A DNA stretch of 25,498 nt from Verrucomicrobiota bacterium (GCA_038214755.1 JBBQRQ010000076.1:1-25498); one strand, 5' to 3'; positions 1 to 10,384 are shown, counted from the stretch's first letter. The notes: generated by a model from the sequence alone, not told the origin. Numbers and translations: made by a program.

Positions 1-2
1 TT

Positions 3-3000
3 CGGCTTTTGGTCCTGCTCGTTTCAGTTTTTCCAACTTTTGTTCAAGCGGACCAGCCGCTCCGCATCTTCATTCGCGCTGGAGTGAAAACTCACGGGCC
101 GGGACAGCATGATCATCCGCGTTTTCTGGCCGAGTGGAAAAAACTTTTGCAGGAGCGCGGCGCGATGGCCGAGGGCGCGATGAACTTTCCCACTGACGAA
201 CAATTGCAAAATACCGATGTGCTCGTGATGTTCGCCGCCGAAGCAGGAACGATTTCTCCCGAGCAGCGTGCGAACCTCGAAAAGTTTTTGAAACGCGGCG
301 GAGGAATCGTGGCGATTCACGACGCCGTTTGCGGGACGGACGCGCCGTGGTTCAAGACGATCATCGGCGGCGCGTGGGAGCACGGACACTCCAAATGGTT
401 TGAAGGAAAAATCGCCCTCTACTTCCAAGATCATTCGCACCCAATCACCAAAGGTTTTTCCAATTTCGACTTGGACGACGAGATGTATTACGACCTGCAC
501 ATGATGCCGGAGGCGCGGGTGCTCGCCGCGACCTACGCGCCGGACAAACGCAACACGCACGACGGAAAAATGTTTCCATCCGTCTATGACATCGTTCCGC
601 AAATCTGGACTTACGAAAAAACGTTGGGGAGCGCATCCGTCCCGGATGCTCCGTCCGGCGTCGCGCCGGACGGAACAAAACCTTATCGCGCGTTCGTTTC
701 CATACCGGGCCACAACTACAAAACATTTGAGCTGCCGCATTATCGCGCGTTGTTGTTACGCGGCATCGCCTGGGCCGGAAAACGCGACATCGATTCCCTC
801 GCCAGCAAAGAAGAATTGGCCAGCTTGCGTTATCCCGAAGGGGGACCGATCGCGCCGGAAAAAGCCGCAGAGAAAATTATCGTTCATCCTGACTTTCACA
901 TAAATCTCGTCGCCGCCGAACCGCTGATTGAAAAACCAATTTCTCTCGACTGGGACGCTCGAGGCCGCATGTGGATTGCCGAAACTCCCGAATATCCGAA
1001 TGGCCGAAAAAATCCCTCGAGCAAAGACGACGCGAAAGAAGACCGCCCCGCGCGCGACCGCATTTCCATTTTGGAGGATTCAAACGGCGACGGTGTCATG
1101 GATAAAAAAACGATTTTCTTCGAGGGACTCGAACTCGTCACCAGCCTCGTGTTTTACAAAGACGGCGTAATCGTTTCGCAAGCGCCGGATATTTATTGGC
1201 TGCGCGACACGGATGGCGACGGAAAAGCCGACATGAAAATCCCGCTCTTCACCGGCTTCGGCGTGCGCGACACGCACGCGGTCGTCAGCAATTTGCGCTG
1301 GGGCATGGACGGCTGGATTTACGCGACGGTCGGTTACAGTCGCGGCGATGTTTTTTCCGGCGATGGCAAAAAACATTTCGGCCCGATCAGCGACGGCGTC
1401 TTCCGTTTCAAAGCGGACGGCAGCGTCATCGAACAATTTTGTTCCAAAGGCAGCAACACCTGGGGCGTGGACATCGCGCCGGATGGAGAAGTTTTTTTCT
1501 CGCAAGCCAACGGAAATCACATCGACCACGTCGTGATGCCGGAGAGCGCGCTGGCTCGCGGAAAAGTTGAAGGCACGACCAGCTTCAAAGTGATCGAAGA
1601 TCACAAGGACAGTTTCCCGATTGGCGATTATTCCAAGCAAGCCTACAAACAAATCGACTGGGTCGGGGGATTCACGGCGGCGAGTGGCGCGTGCATTTAC
1701 AACGGCGGGGCGTGGCCGGAGAAATTCAACAACACCTTTTTCGTCACCGAACCGACGGTGAATCTGGTGCATCAGGATTTTATTAAACCCGACGGCGTGA
1801 CTTACATCTCCAGCCGCGATCCCGAACGTCCCGACAAAGAATTTATCGCCAGCGCCGATTTATGGTTTCGTCCGATTCACACGCGCGTCGGCCCGGATGG
1901 AGCGCTCTACATTTTGGATTTCTACAATCAAGCTGTTGTCCACAACGACACGCGCGGTCCGGCCCACGGCGCGAACAACGCCGCGGTGCGTCCCGACCGC
2001 GACCATTATTTTGGCCGCATCTGGCGCGTGCAACACAAGGGCGCGAAGAAATTTGAAATCCCAAATCTTGCGAAAGCGTCGCCGCAGGAATTGGTCAAAG
2101 CGCTGGAACATCCGAACGGCTGGGTGAGAAATACAGCGCAGAGATTGTTGCTTGAATTGGATCATCAAGATCGCCAGGAATTCGGAAAGCCATTGGAAAT
2201 TCTGGCGCAAAATTCCAACGCGCCGGAGAACGCCAGAATTCTCGCTTACTGGACTTTGAGCCTCGTGGACGAAGGACTTTCAGATCGGCTGATGAAAATT
2301 TTCGCAAAACAATTTGGCGATGACAAAAGTTCAGCGGTCAGAAAAAACATTGCGCGAATTTGCAATTCGTATCGCCCTATGTGGTCAGAGGGTGGGATTC
2401 GCGCGGGCGTGAAGTTTCCCGTGGAGAAAATTCGGAATGACTCGGATGCGCGCGTCCAACTGGAATTTATTTCCGCGCTGGCAAATATGAATTGGCTGCC
2501 CGACGGCGGCACCGTCTCTCAGATTCCACAACTGTATCTGCGCTTCAATGATCCGTGGCGCAAATCGGCGTTTATGGGGCTCGTGTCGAAACGACCTCAA
2601 ATCTTTTTTTCAGCAATTCTTTTTTCCGAGAATCCAGAGTCCTTCAAAGACCTTTGCAGTTCTCTGACCCAACAAATTGCCGCGCAGCCAGCAGAATTCG
2701 CTCAGTTTCTCGCTCTACCGATCATCACTTTGTCACTCGCGCCAACCGCTGCGGATTCGCTGAAGCAGGTTGCGCTCGAAACATTCGCGAAAACATTGTC
2801 CGCGGAACAAGTTCCTGCATGGTCGCCGGATTTACAAAAAGCATTTCAGACGTTGCTGGCGTCGAAAAATTCTGGCGTCGCTGCTGCCGCGCTGCCGTTG
2901 ATTGCGCGTTGGGACAAAAATGGCGCAATGACCGCGGAGGTGAATTCCTTTCTGCCCCAATTATTTTCCAGCTTGAACGACACAAGCCAGCCCGATGAGC

Positions 3001-5135
3001 AACGTGAGCAGGCGATGAAAAGTTTGCTCGGTTTGCGCGGCGTGAATTCGGAAATTCTTCCGGCCATCGCAAAAATTCTCGGCTCGCATAGTTCCGTTCC
3101 GCTGCAACAGCGCGTCATCGAATCATTCGGCGCGTTGAACGAAAACGGCGCGGGCAGGATTCTCGTCGAGGCGTATCCGCGCGTGCCGTCTGAATTGCAG
3201 GAAACGCTCTTCGCGCAAATCATTCGCCGCGCTGATTGGTCGCTCGCGCTGGCCAACGCGATTGACGGCGGCAAAATCAATTTCGGCGCGCTCTCTCCGG
3301 CGGCAGTGCATCGCTTGCGCACGCACGGTGATACGAAAGTGGCGCAGCGCGCGAACGAAGTTTTTGAAAAATTGCGCGGGCCGGAAGTGAAGGAGAAAAA
3401 TGCGCTGATTGAAAAGTTTACGCCCGTCGTCACGCAAGCCGGCAACGTCGAAAACGGCCACAAACTCTTCACACAAAATTGCGCGGTCTGTCACAAATTT
3501 CAGGGCGAAGGAAAAGAGGTCGCGCCGGACTTGACCGGCATGGGCGCGCATGGCGCGGCGGAATTGCTCGTGCATATCCTTGACCCGAATCGCGTGGTGG
3601 AACCGAACTTTGTTTCCTACAGCATTGAGACGGCGGATGACCAATCACTCGACGGAATTCTCGCTTCCGAAAACAAAAAGGAAATCGTGCTGCGCAATGC
3701 GACCGGCGATTTCCCCGTCGAACGGAAAAATATCAAGTCGCAACGCTCGACGGGCCGCTCGCTCATGCCGGAAGGTTTCGAGGCGCTCGGCGGCGAAGGC
3801 TTGCGCGATTTGCTGAGTTACATTTGCGCGGGAGAGAATCGTTTTCGCCTGATTGATTTGAAGAAAGTTTTTACGGCCAACAGCACGCGCGGAATTTTCA
3901 GCAGCCCGGACGCGACGGATGAAACGTTGTCCTTCAAAAAATTCGGCATGATTAAAGTTGGCGACGTTCCGTTTGAAATCATCTCTCCGACGAGATCGAC
4001 GAGCGGCAACAACTTGATCGCATTGAAAGGCGGAAGTGGTTTCGCCAAAACGCTCCCGCAAAAAGTGGAAATCGCGGATGTGAATTTGCGCGCAAGGAAA
4101 CTGCATTTCCTAGGCGGCGTCGGCGGCTGGGCTTATCCGTGGGGCGGCGAGGAACAAAAAAATATTCCCGTGGCGAAGCTGACGATTTCTTTTGCGGACG
4201 GAGCGAGCGAAGAAATGGTGATGAAAAACGGCGAGGAATTTGCCGACTACATCGGACACCAGGACGTGCCCGGATCGAAAGAAGTTCCTGATCTGCTGAA
4301 TCACGGACAAGTGCGCTGCTTCACCAAACCGCTCAAGCACAACGGCGTGATTCAAAAACTGACGCTGGAAAGTTTCGATAACACGGTCGCGCCGACGTTC
4401 GTCGCCATCACGGCGGAAGTAGGCGGCACGAACCAATCGTCAGCGACCCCGGCGGCGCAACAAACTTCGTCCGCGAAATTTGTTTGGGGAAAACATCCGC
4501 GCGTGTTGATCGTCGGCGGCGGCGCGTCGCACGATTTCAATCGCTGGTTCAATCAGGCCGACTCGGCGATTTTGTCGGAAGTCGGTTCAACGCAATACAC
4601 GGAAGACCTTTCACGCATCGAACCAGTCATGCGCGACATCGATGTTCTTTATCTCGCCCACAACCAGCCGATGACGAATGCGGAATTGAACCAGGCGATT
4701 TTTAATTTTGCTGATTCAGGAAAGCCGCTGCTGCTGGTGCATCCGGCGCTGTGGTATAACTGGAAAAATTGGCCGGAATATAATCGCGTCCTTGTTGGCG
4801 GTGGCTCGCGCGGTCATGAAAAGTATGGCGAGTTTGAAGTGACGGTGGACGAGCCAAACCATCCCGTCATGGCGGGTGTTCCAAAAACTTTTCGCATCAG
4901 TGACGAACTGTATCGACATGAACCGGAACCGAACGGAACGCCGATTCAAGTTCTGGCGACGGGAAAAAGTTTAGTCACCGGGAAAATGTATCCAGTGGTT
5001 TGGATCACCAAACATCCGAAAGCAAAAATCGTTTGCATCACCCTCGGCCACGACGGCGCGGCGCATGACCTCCTTGCTTACAAAACGATTTTGAAAAATT
5101 CCGTCGAGTGGATGTCCGCGAATCGGAAGGAGTAA
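3..5135 (+). CDS. 5'-partial PVC-type heme-binding CxxCH protein: ThuA-like domain, membrane-bound dehydrogenase beta-propeller, HEAT-like repeats, cytochrome c, beta-sandwich, second ThuA-like domain
   Basis: The frame is open from the window edge and begins with a signal-peptide-like tail (LLVSVFPTFVQA-DQ). ThuA motifs KTHGPGQHDH, GGGIVAIHDA, HPITKG..FDLDDEMY. Propeller motifs AAEPLIEKPISLDWDARGRMW, DTDGDGKAD, NLRWGMDGWIY, WFRP..GPDGALY. Heme motif NCAVCHK..PDLTG..ILDPNR..SLMPEG. C-terminal ThuA motifs ISDELY and ITLGHD. Confidence 0.92.
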   Translation, partial: RLLVLLVSVFPTFVQADQPLRIFIRAGVKTHGPGQHDHPRFLAEWKKLLQERGAMAEGAMNFPTDEQLQNTDVLVMFAAEAGTISPEQRANLEKFLKRGGGIVAIHDAVCGTDAPWFKTIIGGAWEHGHSKWFEGKIALYFQDHSHPITKGFSNFDLDDEMYYDLHMMPEARVLAATYAPDKRNTHDGKMFPSVYDIVPQIWTYEKTLGSASVPDAPSGVAPDGTKPYRAFVSIPGHNYKTFELPHYRALLLRGIAWAGKRDIDSLASKEELASLRYPEGGPIAPEKAAEKIIVHPDFHINLVAAEPLIEKPISLDWDARGRMWIAETPEYPNGRKNPSSKDDAKEDRPARDRISILEDSNGDGVMDKKTIFFEGLELVTSLVFYKDGVIVSQAPDIYWLRDTDGDGKADMKIPLFTGFGVRDTHAVVSNLRWGMDGWIYATVGYSRGDVFSGDGKKHFGPISDGVFRFKADGSVIEQFCSKGSNTWGVDIAPDGEVFFSQANGNHIDHVVMPESALARGKVEGTTSFKVIEDHKDSFPIGDYSKQAYKQIDWVGGFTAASGACIYNGGAWPEKFNNTFFVTEPTVNLVHQDFIKPDGVTYISSRDPERPDKEFIASADLWFRPIHTRVGPDGALYILDFYNQAVVHNDTRGPAHGANNAAVRPDRDHYFGRIWRVQHKGAKKFEIPNLAKASPQELVKALEHPNGWVRNTAQRLLLELDHQDRQEFGKPLEILAQNSNAPENARILAYWTLSLVDEGLSDRLMKIFAKQFGDDKSSAVRKNIARICNSYRPMWSEGGIRAGVKFPVEKIRNDSDARVQLEFISALANMNWLPDGGTVSQIPQLYLRFNDPWRKSAFMGLVSKRPQIFFSAILFSENPESFKDLCSSLTQQIAAQPAEFAQFLALPIITLSLAPTAADSLKQVALETFAKTLSAEQVPAWSPDLQKAFQTLLASKNSGVAAAALPLIARWDKNGAMTAEVNSFLPQLFSSLNDTSQPDEQREQAMKSLLGLRGVNSEILPAIAKILGSHSSVPLQQRVIESFGALNENGAGRILVEAYPRVPSELQETLFAQIIRRADWSLALANAIDGGKINFGALSPAAVHRLRTHGDTKVAQRANEVFEKLRGPEVKEKNALIEKFTPVVTQAGNVENGHKLFTQNCAVCHKFQGEGKEVAPDLTGMGAHGAAELLVHILDPNRVVEPNFVSYSIETADDQSLDGILASENKKEIVLRNATGDFPVERKNIKSQRSTGRSLMPEGFEALGGEGLRDLLSYICAGENRFRLIDLKKVFTANSTRGIFSSPDATDETLSFKKFGMIKVGDVPFEIISPTRSTSGNNLIALKGGSGFAKTLPQKVEIADVNLRARKLHFLGGVGGWAYPWGGEEQKNIPVAKLTISFADGASEEMVMKNGEEFADYIGHQDVPGSKEVPDLLNHGQVRCFTKPLKHNGVIQKLTLESFDNTVAPTFVAITAEVGGTNQSSATPAAQQTSSAKFVWGKHPRVLIVGGGASHDFNRWFNQADSAILSEVGSTQYTEDLSRIEPVMRDIDVLYLAHNQPMTNAELNQAIFNFADSGKPLLLVHPALWYNWKNWPEYNRVLVGGGSRGHEKYGEFEVTVDEPNHPVMAGVPKTFRISDELYRHEPEPNGTPIQVLATGKSLVTGKMYPVVWITKHPKAKIVCITLGHDGAAHDLLAYKTILKNSVEWMSANRKE
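627..674. repeat. REP-like double hairpin lying in frame inside the CDS
   Basis: GGAGC lead, then stem GCATCCG-tcc-CGGATGC (633-649), directly followed by a perfect 11-bp stem TCCGTCCGGCG-tcg-CGCCGGACGGA (650-674). Span is 48 nt = 16 codons. Confidence 0.7.
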
Positions 5136-5139
5136 TCCA

Positions 5140-5163
5140 TTGGCCGAACAAAGTGTCGGCCAA
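5140..5163. terminator. Possible hairpin after the large CDS
   Basis: TTGGCCGA-8nt-TCGGCCAA lies just after the stop codon; there is no clear U-tract. Confidence 0.35.
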
Positions 5164-5165
5164 AC

Positions 5166-5261
5166 ATCCGGGTAGCATCTGCCTCCGGCGGGTGCGTGGA
5201 AATTCGCCGGATCAATTGCTTCGGTGGACACGCACCCGCCGGAGGCAGAGGCTACCCGGAT
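5166..5261. repeat. GTAG-type REPIN-like inverted repeat
   Basis: 33-bp arms ATCCGGGTAGCATCTGCCTCCGGCGGGTGCGTG (5166-5198) and its reverse complement (5229-5261) with one mismatch, between convergent genes. Confidence 0.85.
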
Positions 5262-5300
5262 TGGTGAATTGAGCAGGCGAGAAAGTTTCCGTTTTCTCCT

Positions 5301-5927
5301 TCACTTTTCCTTCAACAAAGTTTCGGGCAAAGCGAGCAATTCATTTTCGCGCCCGTCGGGCAGCCAGAGAATTCTTCCGTCAGGCAAATTTTTTTTCACC
5401 ACTCCGTGCAGAGAATTTTTCAACGTGCGGACGCGGTCGCCGGATTTGAAATCGGCCGATTCCACCAGCGAAGAAAGTCCGCTCAGAAGTGGTTCACGGT
5501 CCAAAACGCCTGCCACAAAGTGAGCGGCGAGCGAAGCGGATTCACGTCGTCGGGCGAGAGGAAATTCCGCGAAAAGAGCGTCGGTCAGAGTCCGGGCAAT
5601 TTCGGCAAAGGTATTTCCGTTGAAGAAAAAGAAAGGTGCTTGGCGATGAAACGATCGCAGCCAGTCTAGCGTTTCAGGGAGGGACCTTTCCGCGTTGCAA
5701 CCTCCGCTCCATTCTTTTTCGCAACCTGCGTGAGTTTCTGAATTCTTACCATGCTGCGCGCGACCTCCGCCGCAGAGTCGCTCGTTGATGCGGACAACAG
5801 ACTGCCAACTCCAGTTTGCGAGAAAAGCGGCTCGGCCTTGTAACGGTGCTGGTTCGCCACGGCTTCTTCCAACACCATCTCCGGCGTGATTTCTTTCGCG
5901 AGATCGTAGCGGAGTGTCATCGGACAT
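5301..5927 (-). CDS. Degenerate Fic/Doc-like protein with C-terminal KOW/SH3-like domain (start uncertain)
   Basis: LRSFHRQAPFFFFNGNTFAEIAR resembles the Fic HPFxxGNxR loop without the catalytic His/Arg. The C-terminus FKSGDRVRTLKNSLHGVV..LPDGRILW is KOW/SH3-like. The first ~30 codons from ATG 5927 look non-coding. Confidence 0.55.
   Translation of the reverse strand: MSDDTPLRSRERNHAGDGVGRSRGEPAPLQGRAAFLANWSWQSVVRINERLCGGGRAQHGKNSETHAGCEKEWSGGCNAERSLPETLDWLRSFHRQAPFFFFNGNTFAEIARTLTDALFAEFPLARRRESASLAAHFVAGVLDREPLLSGLSSLVESADFKSGDRVRTLKNSLHGVVKKNLPDGRILWLPDGRENELLALPETLLKEK
5666..5920 (-). CDS. 84-aa small protein overlapping the Fic-like ORF in another frame (putative antitoxin/partner)
   Basis: MTLRYDLAKEITPEMVLEEAVANQHRYKAEPLF... 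has host-like G/C-ending codons, helical composition and a basic tail. Confidence 0.55.
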   Translation of the reverse strand: MTLRYDLAKEITPEMVLEEAVANQHRYKAEPLFSQTGVGSLLSASTSDSAAEVARSMVRIQKLTQVAKKNGAEVATRKGPSLKR

Positions 5928-6001
5928 AAGATAAGCCTGCCATAAGTGTTTCGGCAAGTCCAAGTCTCGGCAACAGGACCCCCGATGAACCTGGAAACTT
6001 C

Positions 6002-6030
6002 GTAACCTGTAGGCTGGAAGCCTGCGCTAC
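6002..6030 (-). repeat. Single GTAGCGCAG-type REP unit
   Basis: The reverse complement reads GTAGCGCAGGCTTCCAGCCTAC, with the same lead and hairpin as the units at 16442 and 21594. Confidence 0.7.
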
Positions 6031-6099
6031 CTTTGCCGTTTTTGTTTCTTTGCCCTTGAGTGTTTGCCGACAACCCAATAATTCTCTCGCCACAAACTT

Positions 6100-7383
6100 A
6101 TGCGCTTTAAAACATTGCTCCCTCTTCTCCTGGTCGTTCTTGGTTTCAACACTTTTTCACCCGCCGCGGAAAAGGTCTCGGACAACTCTTATTTTTCGGA
6201 ATTCAAACCGCTGCCCGCGCCCAAACAAACCGGTTTGTATTTGAAAACGGGCGACCGGCTGGCGATCTGCGGCGACTCCATCACCGAACAAAAAATGTAT
6301 TCGCGAATTATGGAAACCTACCTGACCGTCGCGCTGCCGGAATTTCAGATTTCCACCCGGCAATATGGCTGGAGCGGCGAGCGTGCGCCTGGATTTTTAG
6401 CGCGAATGACCAACGACGTGCTGCGCTTCCAGCCAACCATCGGCACCACTTGTTACGGGATGAACGATCACCAATATCGCGCTTACGAACCGAAGATTGG
6501 AAACACTTACCTGCAAAACATGTTGGCCATTGTCGAAGCGTTTAAAGATCACGGCGCGCGCGTGGTGGTGGGTTCGCCCGGGTGCATTGGCTCATTGGCG
6601 AAAACCAATTCGCACGAAATGAATTGGAGTCTTTGTCAGTTGCGAAACATCGATGTCGAAATCGCGAAAAAAGAGAACGTGCGTTTCGCCGACGTGTTCT
6701 GGCCGATGTTGGAGGCCGACTTTTCTGCGCGCGCAAAATTCGGAACCAATTACCACGTCGCTGGCAAAGATGGCGTTCATCCGGGCTGGGCGGGACATAC
6801 GGTCATGGCTTACGCGTTTCTAAAAGCCCTCGGGGTCGATGGCGACGTCGGGACGTTCACCGTAAATTTAAAATCGAAAGAAGCTGACGCGAGCCAAGGG
6901 CACGAAGTGGTTTCATTCAAGGGCGGCGAATTGAAAATCAAAAGTTCGCGCTACCCATTTTGCGCGGCGGGCGACACGACGAAGGACGACAATATTCGTT
7001 CGGGAATGAATCTGGTTCCGTTCAACAAAGAGTTGAATCGGCTGATGCTCGTGGTGAAAAAGGGTAAGGCCACGCAATACAAAATTACTTGGGGCGACGA
7101 AACGAAAACTTTCTCCGCGGACCAACTCGGTCGCGGCGTAAATCTGGCCGACGAATTTCAAACAAATCCATTTTCAGAAGCGTTCGCCAAAGTGGATGAA
7201 GCCGTCGCGAAAAAACAGGCGTTTGAAACGAAACAAATCAAACAAACTTTCCGCAGTTCCGAAGCGAAAGCAGATATGGAAGCCGTCGCCGCGCAAACCG
7301 AAAGAGAACGGGAACCCTTGGTCGGTGCGATCAAGACCGCCTTTGTGCCGGTGACGCATACGATTAGAATTTCGACGGAATAA
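6100..7383 (+). CDS. Secreted SGNH/GDSL hydrolase family protein
   Basis: Signal peptide MRFKTLLPLLLVVLG; block I ICGDSITE, block II YGWSGE, block III YGMND, block V DGVHP. Confidence 0.9.
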   Translation: MRFKTLLPLLLVVLGFNTFSPAAEKVSDNSYFSEFKPLPAPKQTGLYLKTGDRLAICGDSITEQKMYSRIMETYLTVALPEFQISTRQYGWSGERAPGFLARMTNDVLRFQPTIGTTCYGMNDHQYRAYEPKIGNTYLQNMLAIVEAFKDHGARVVVGSPGCIGSLAKTNSHEMNWSLCQLRNIDVEIAKKENVRFADVFWPMLEADFSARAKFGTNYHVAGKDGVHPGWAGHTVMAYAFLKALGVDGDVGTFTVNLKSKEADASQGHEVVSFKGGELKIKSSRYPFCAAGDTTKDDNIRSGMNLVPFNKELNRLMLVVKKGKATQYKITWGDETKTFSADQLGRGVNLADEFQTNPFSEAFAKVDEAVAKKQAFETKQIKQTFRSSEAKADMEAVAAQTEREREPLVGAIKTAFVPVTHTIRISTE

Positions 7384-7428
7384 TTTTCCGGCTAAAGCCG
7401 GCATTATTAAGAGAAAAGGTTGCTTGCT

Positions 7429-7614
7429 CTCACCCTGACCCTCTCGCCCGAGGAGAGGGAACGTTGTGGGGAAATCTACGGAAAGTTCGGAAGCTGTTTG
7501 CCTTTCCCGCCTCCTCCTCATTTGCGGAGAACGCTGCACGACGCTCCGGCACACCCTCATTCCCAAAGCGCGCTAAAAATTCTCCCTCTCCTCGGAGGAG
7601 AGGGCCGGGGTGAG
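7429..7614. repeat. REPIN-like element, CTCACCC..CCCTCTC..GAGAGGG family
   Basis: 32-bp arms 7429-7460 and 7583-7614 are 28/32 complementary, each with an internal CCCTCTC/GAGAGGG hairpin. Confidence 0.85.
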
Positions 7615-7667
7615 GTAGAGCGTTTCTTCTTCACTGAAATAATTCCGATCTGGCGCGTCAGAAAAAT

Positions 7668-8204
7668 TCACAGAATTCTTTTGCGCGCCGATTGTTGCGA
7701 AATGAGTTCAGCGCGATCCACCTCGACAGCCGTTTGCCGCCCCACAAATTCCAACAGGACTTTGACGCGTTGCTGACTCGGCATGACTTGCGAAATGATC
7801 GCGCTCCATCCTTGGAAAGCGCCGCTGGCGATTTTAACCGCGTCGCCCGCGGCCAATTCTGGATCGATGACGTGTAATTCCGCCGCGCCAAAGTTACGCC
7901 GTAGTTCCTCAATGTCGGCATCGGGAATAGTGGGCCACTTCTGGCCGAACCGCACCACGCCGGCCACGCCGTAAGTATGATTGACCTTGCTCAACGAAGT
8001 CAGCCAATCGAATCGCGCAAAAAGGTAGCAGGGAAAAAGCGCCTCCGTGACCCACGATGGACCTCGCCGCGTGGCGCGTTTGAATCGAATGCGCGGAGAA
8101 AATGCTTCGAAACCTTCCTCACGCAATCGCGCGGCGGCGATGTGCTCATGTTTAAGTTGAGACCGCAGGCAGAACCAGGAAAGTTGCGGAACAGTTTCGA
8201 TCAT
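7668..8204 (-). CDS. rfaH: Specialised NusG paralogue, RfaH-like transcription antiterminator
   Basis: NGN domain (WFCLRSQLKHE, EALFPCYLFARFD, GVAGVVRFG) plus KOW domain (GDAVKIASGAFQG, QRVKVLLEFVGR). Confidence 0.85.
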   Translation of the reverse strand: MIETVPQLSWFCLRSQLKHEHIAAARLREEGFEAFSPRIRFKRATRRGPSWVTEALFPCYLFARFDWLTSLSKVNHTYGVAGVVRFGQKWPTIPDADIEELRRNFGAAELHVIDPELAAGDAVKIASGAFQGWSAIISQVMPSQQRVKVLLEFVGRQTAVEVDRAELISQQSARKRIL

Positions 8205-8328
8205 CTTTAACGCGCAAATTTTTAGCGAGCGCGGAACTTACCCGGCTCGAATAAGGAAGTCCATAATTTGAATGGCACGCAGCCTCCTACAGGTGCGATT
8301 AAAGCGGGTGAGGCTATATTTGGTTTGC

Positions 8329-8453
8329 TTGGACTGCGGCGGCATGACGCCGCTTTTCCTGCACGTTACGAGATGGAGGAAGCGTTCAACATGAAGAACC
8401 TTTCCGGCTTTTCCACCGTGCAGCCACAGCGGGGACGTGTCACCGCAGTCCAA
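8329..8453. repeat. REPIN-like element, TTGGA(C/G)TGCG family
   Basis: TTGGACTGCGGCGGCATGACGCCGCTTTT at 8329 and the inverted unit CAGCGGGGACGTGTCACCGCAGTCCAA ending at 8453. Confidence 0.8.
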
Positions 8454-8549
8454 AAGCAGAGCGGTTCCAACCTGATCCACTTTTAAATCACTCCCACCTC
8501 CAACGTTTCACGATTAAACCATTCAACGATTTCCTCGCATAGTTTGGCA

Positions 8550-8579
8550 TTGCCTGCGGAAAAAGTTCGTTGCTAGTTT
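8550..8579 (+). promoter_or_regulatory. Candidate sigma70 promoter of the TIM-barrel gene
   Basis: TTGCCT (8550-8555), 18-nt spacer ending in TGC, then TAGTTT (8574-8579, extended -10), 25 nt before the ATG. Confidence 0.45.
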
Positions 8580-8604
8580 TCGTTCGCATTTCCCAAAACA
8601 TTTT

Positions 8605-9654
<1,050 letters not shown>

Positions 9655-9730
9655 ATTTCCCAATCATCATGGCTTTGTGTTCGAAGTCCGGCTCGCTATT
9701 GCCGATCTCAAAGATTAACTTCGTCGGGAA

Positions 9731-10384
9731 ATGCCTGCGCTTTTAACTCTCGAAATCCTCCGAAGCGAAGCGATTTTCTTCGCCAAAGTGGAATCAAAAT
9801 TTCCAGAGCCGTCTTTGTATGGAGTAACGGATGGAAAAGCCGTTGGGACTTATTTGGAGCATAAATTCCAAGCGTATCTTCAAGGGAAATATCAATTCGC
9901 CAGAGGAAGTTCAGCCAAAGGAATCGATTTTCCGGAATTGGGAGTGGACATAAAAGTCACGAGCATTCGCCAGCCACAATCTTCATGTCCATTTAAGAAT
10001 GCCCGGCAAAAAATTTATGGGCTGGGTTATTCTTTGTTAGTTTTCGTTTACGATAAACGCGATGAGCCAGCAACCCAGACAAGCCGTCTCGAATTACCGC
10101 ACGTCATTTTTGTAGAAAAAGAGCGCACCGCCGATCATCAAACCACAGTCGCTTTGCGCAAACTCATTGAGATTGGCGCGAATCGTGACGACATCCTCGC
10201 CTGTTTCGAGGAACGCTTTTTGCCGATTGATAATATCGAAGCCCAAACGCTCGCTGATGAAGTTCTGCGAATTCCACCGCAGGTTGGATATTTAACAATA
10301 TCAAACGCCCTTCAGTGGCGGCTCCAGTATTCCAGAGTCATTGAACAAGCTGGAAAAGTAAAAGGAGTATTGCGATTGGAATGA
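9731..10384 (+). CDS. Type II restriction endonuclease, NspV-like (possible TTCGAA specificity)
   Basis: PD-(D/E)XK-like GIDFPELGVDIKVT. Blocks YGVTDGKAVGTYLE, QPQSSCPF..ARQKI.GLGY and LTISNALQWRLQY match my recollection of the NspV family. ATGA overlap with a DNA methyltransferase. Confidence 0.82.
   Translation: MPALLTLEILRSEAIFFAKVESKFPEPSLYGVTDGKAVGTYLEHKFQAYLQGKYQFARGSSAKGIDFPELGVDIKVTSIRQPQSSCPFKNARQKIYGLGYSLLVFVYDKRDEPATQTSRLELPHVIFVEKERTADHQTTVALRKLIEIGANRDDILACFEERFLPIDNIEAQTLADEVLRIPPQVGYLTISNALQWRLQYSRVIEQAGKVKGVLRLE

Noticed and set aside
7420..7776. Short ORFs over palindromic elements (also 8238-8486 and 19724-19997)
   Set aside because: They are translations of REP-like repeats, for example LTLTLSPEER and FRFRFRF.
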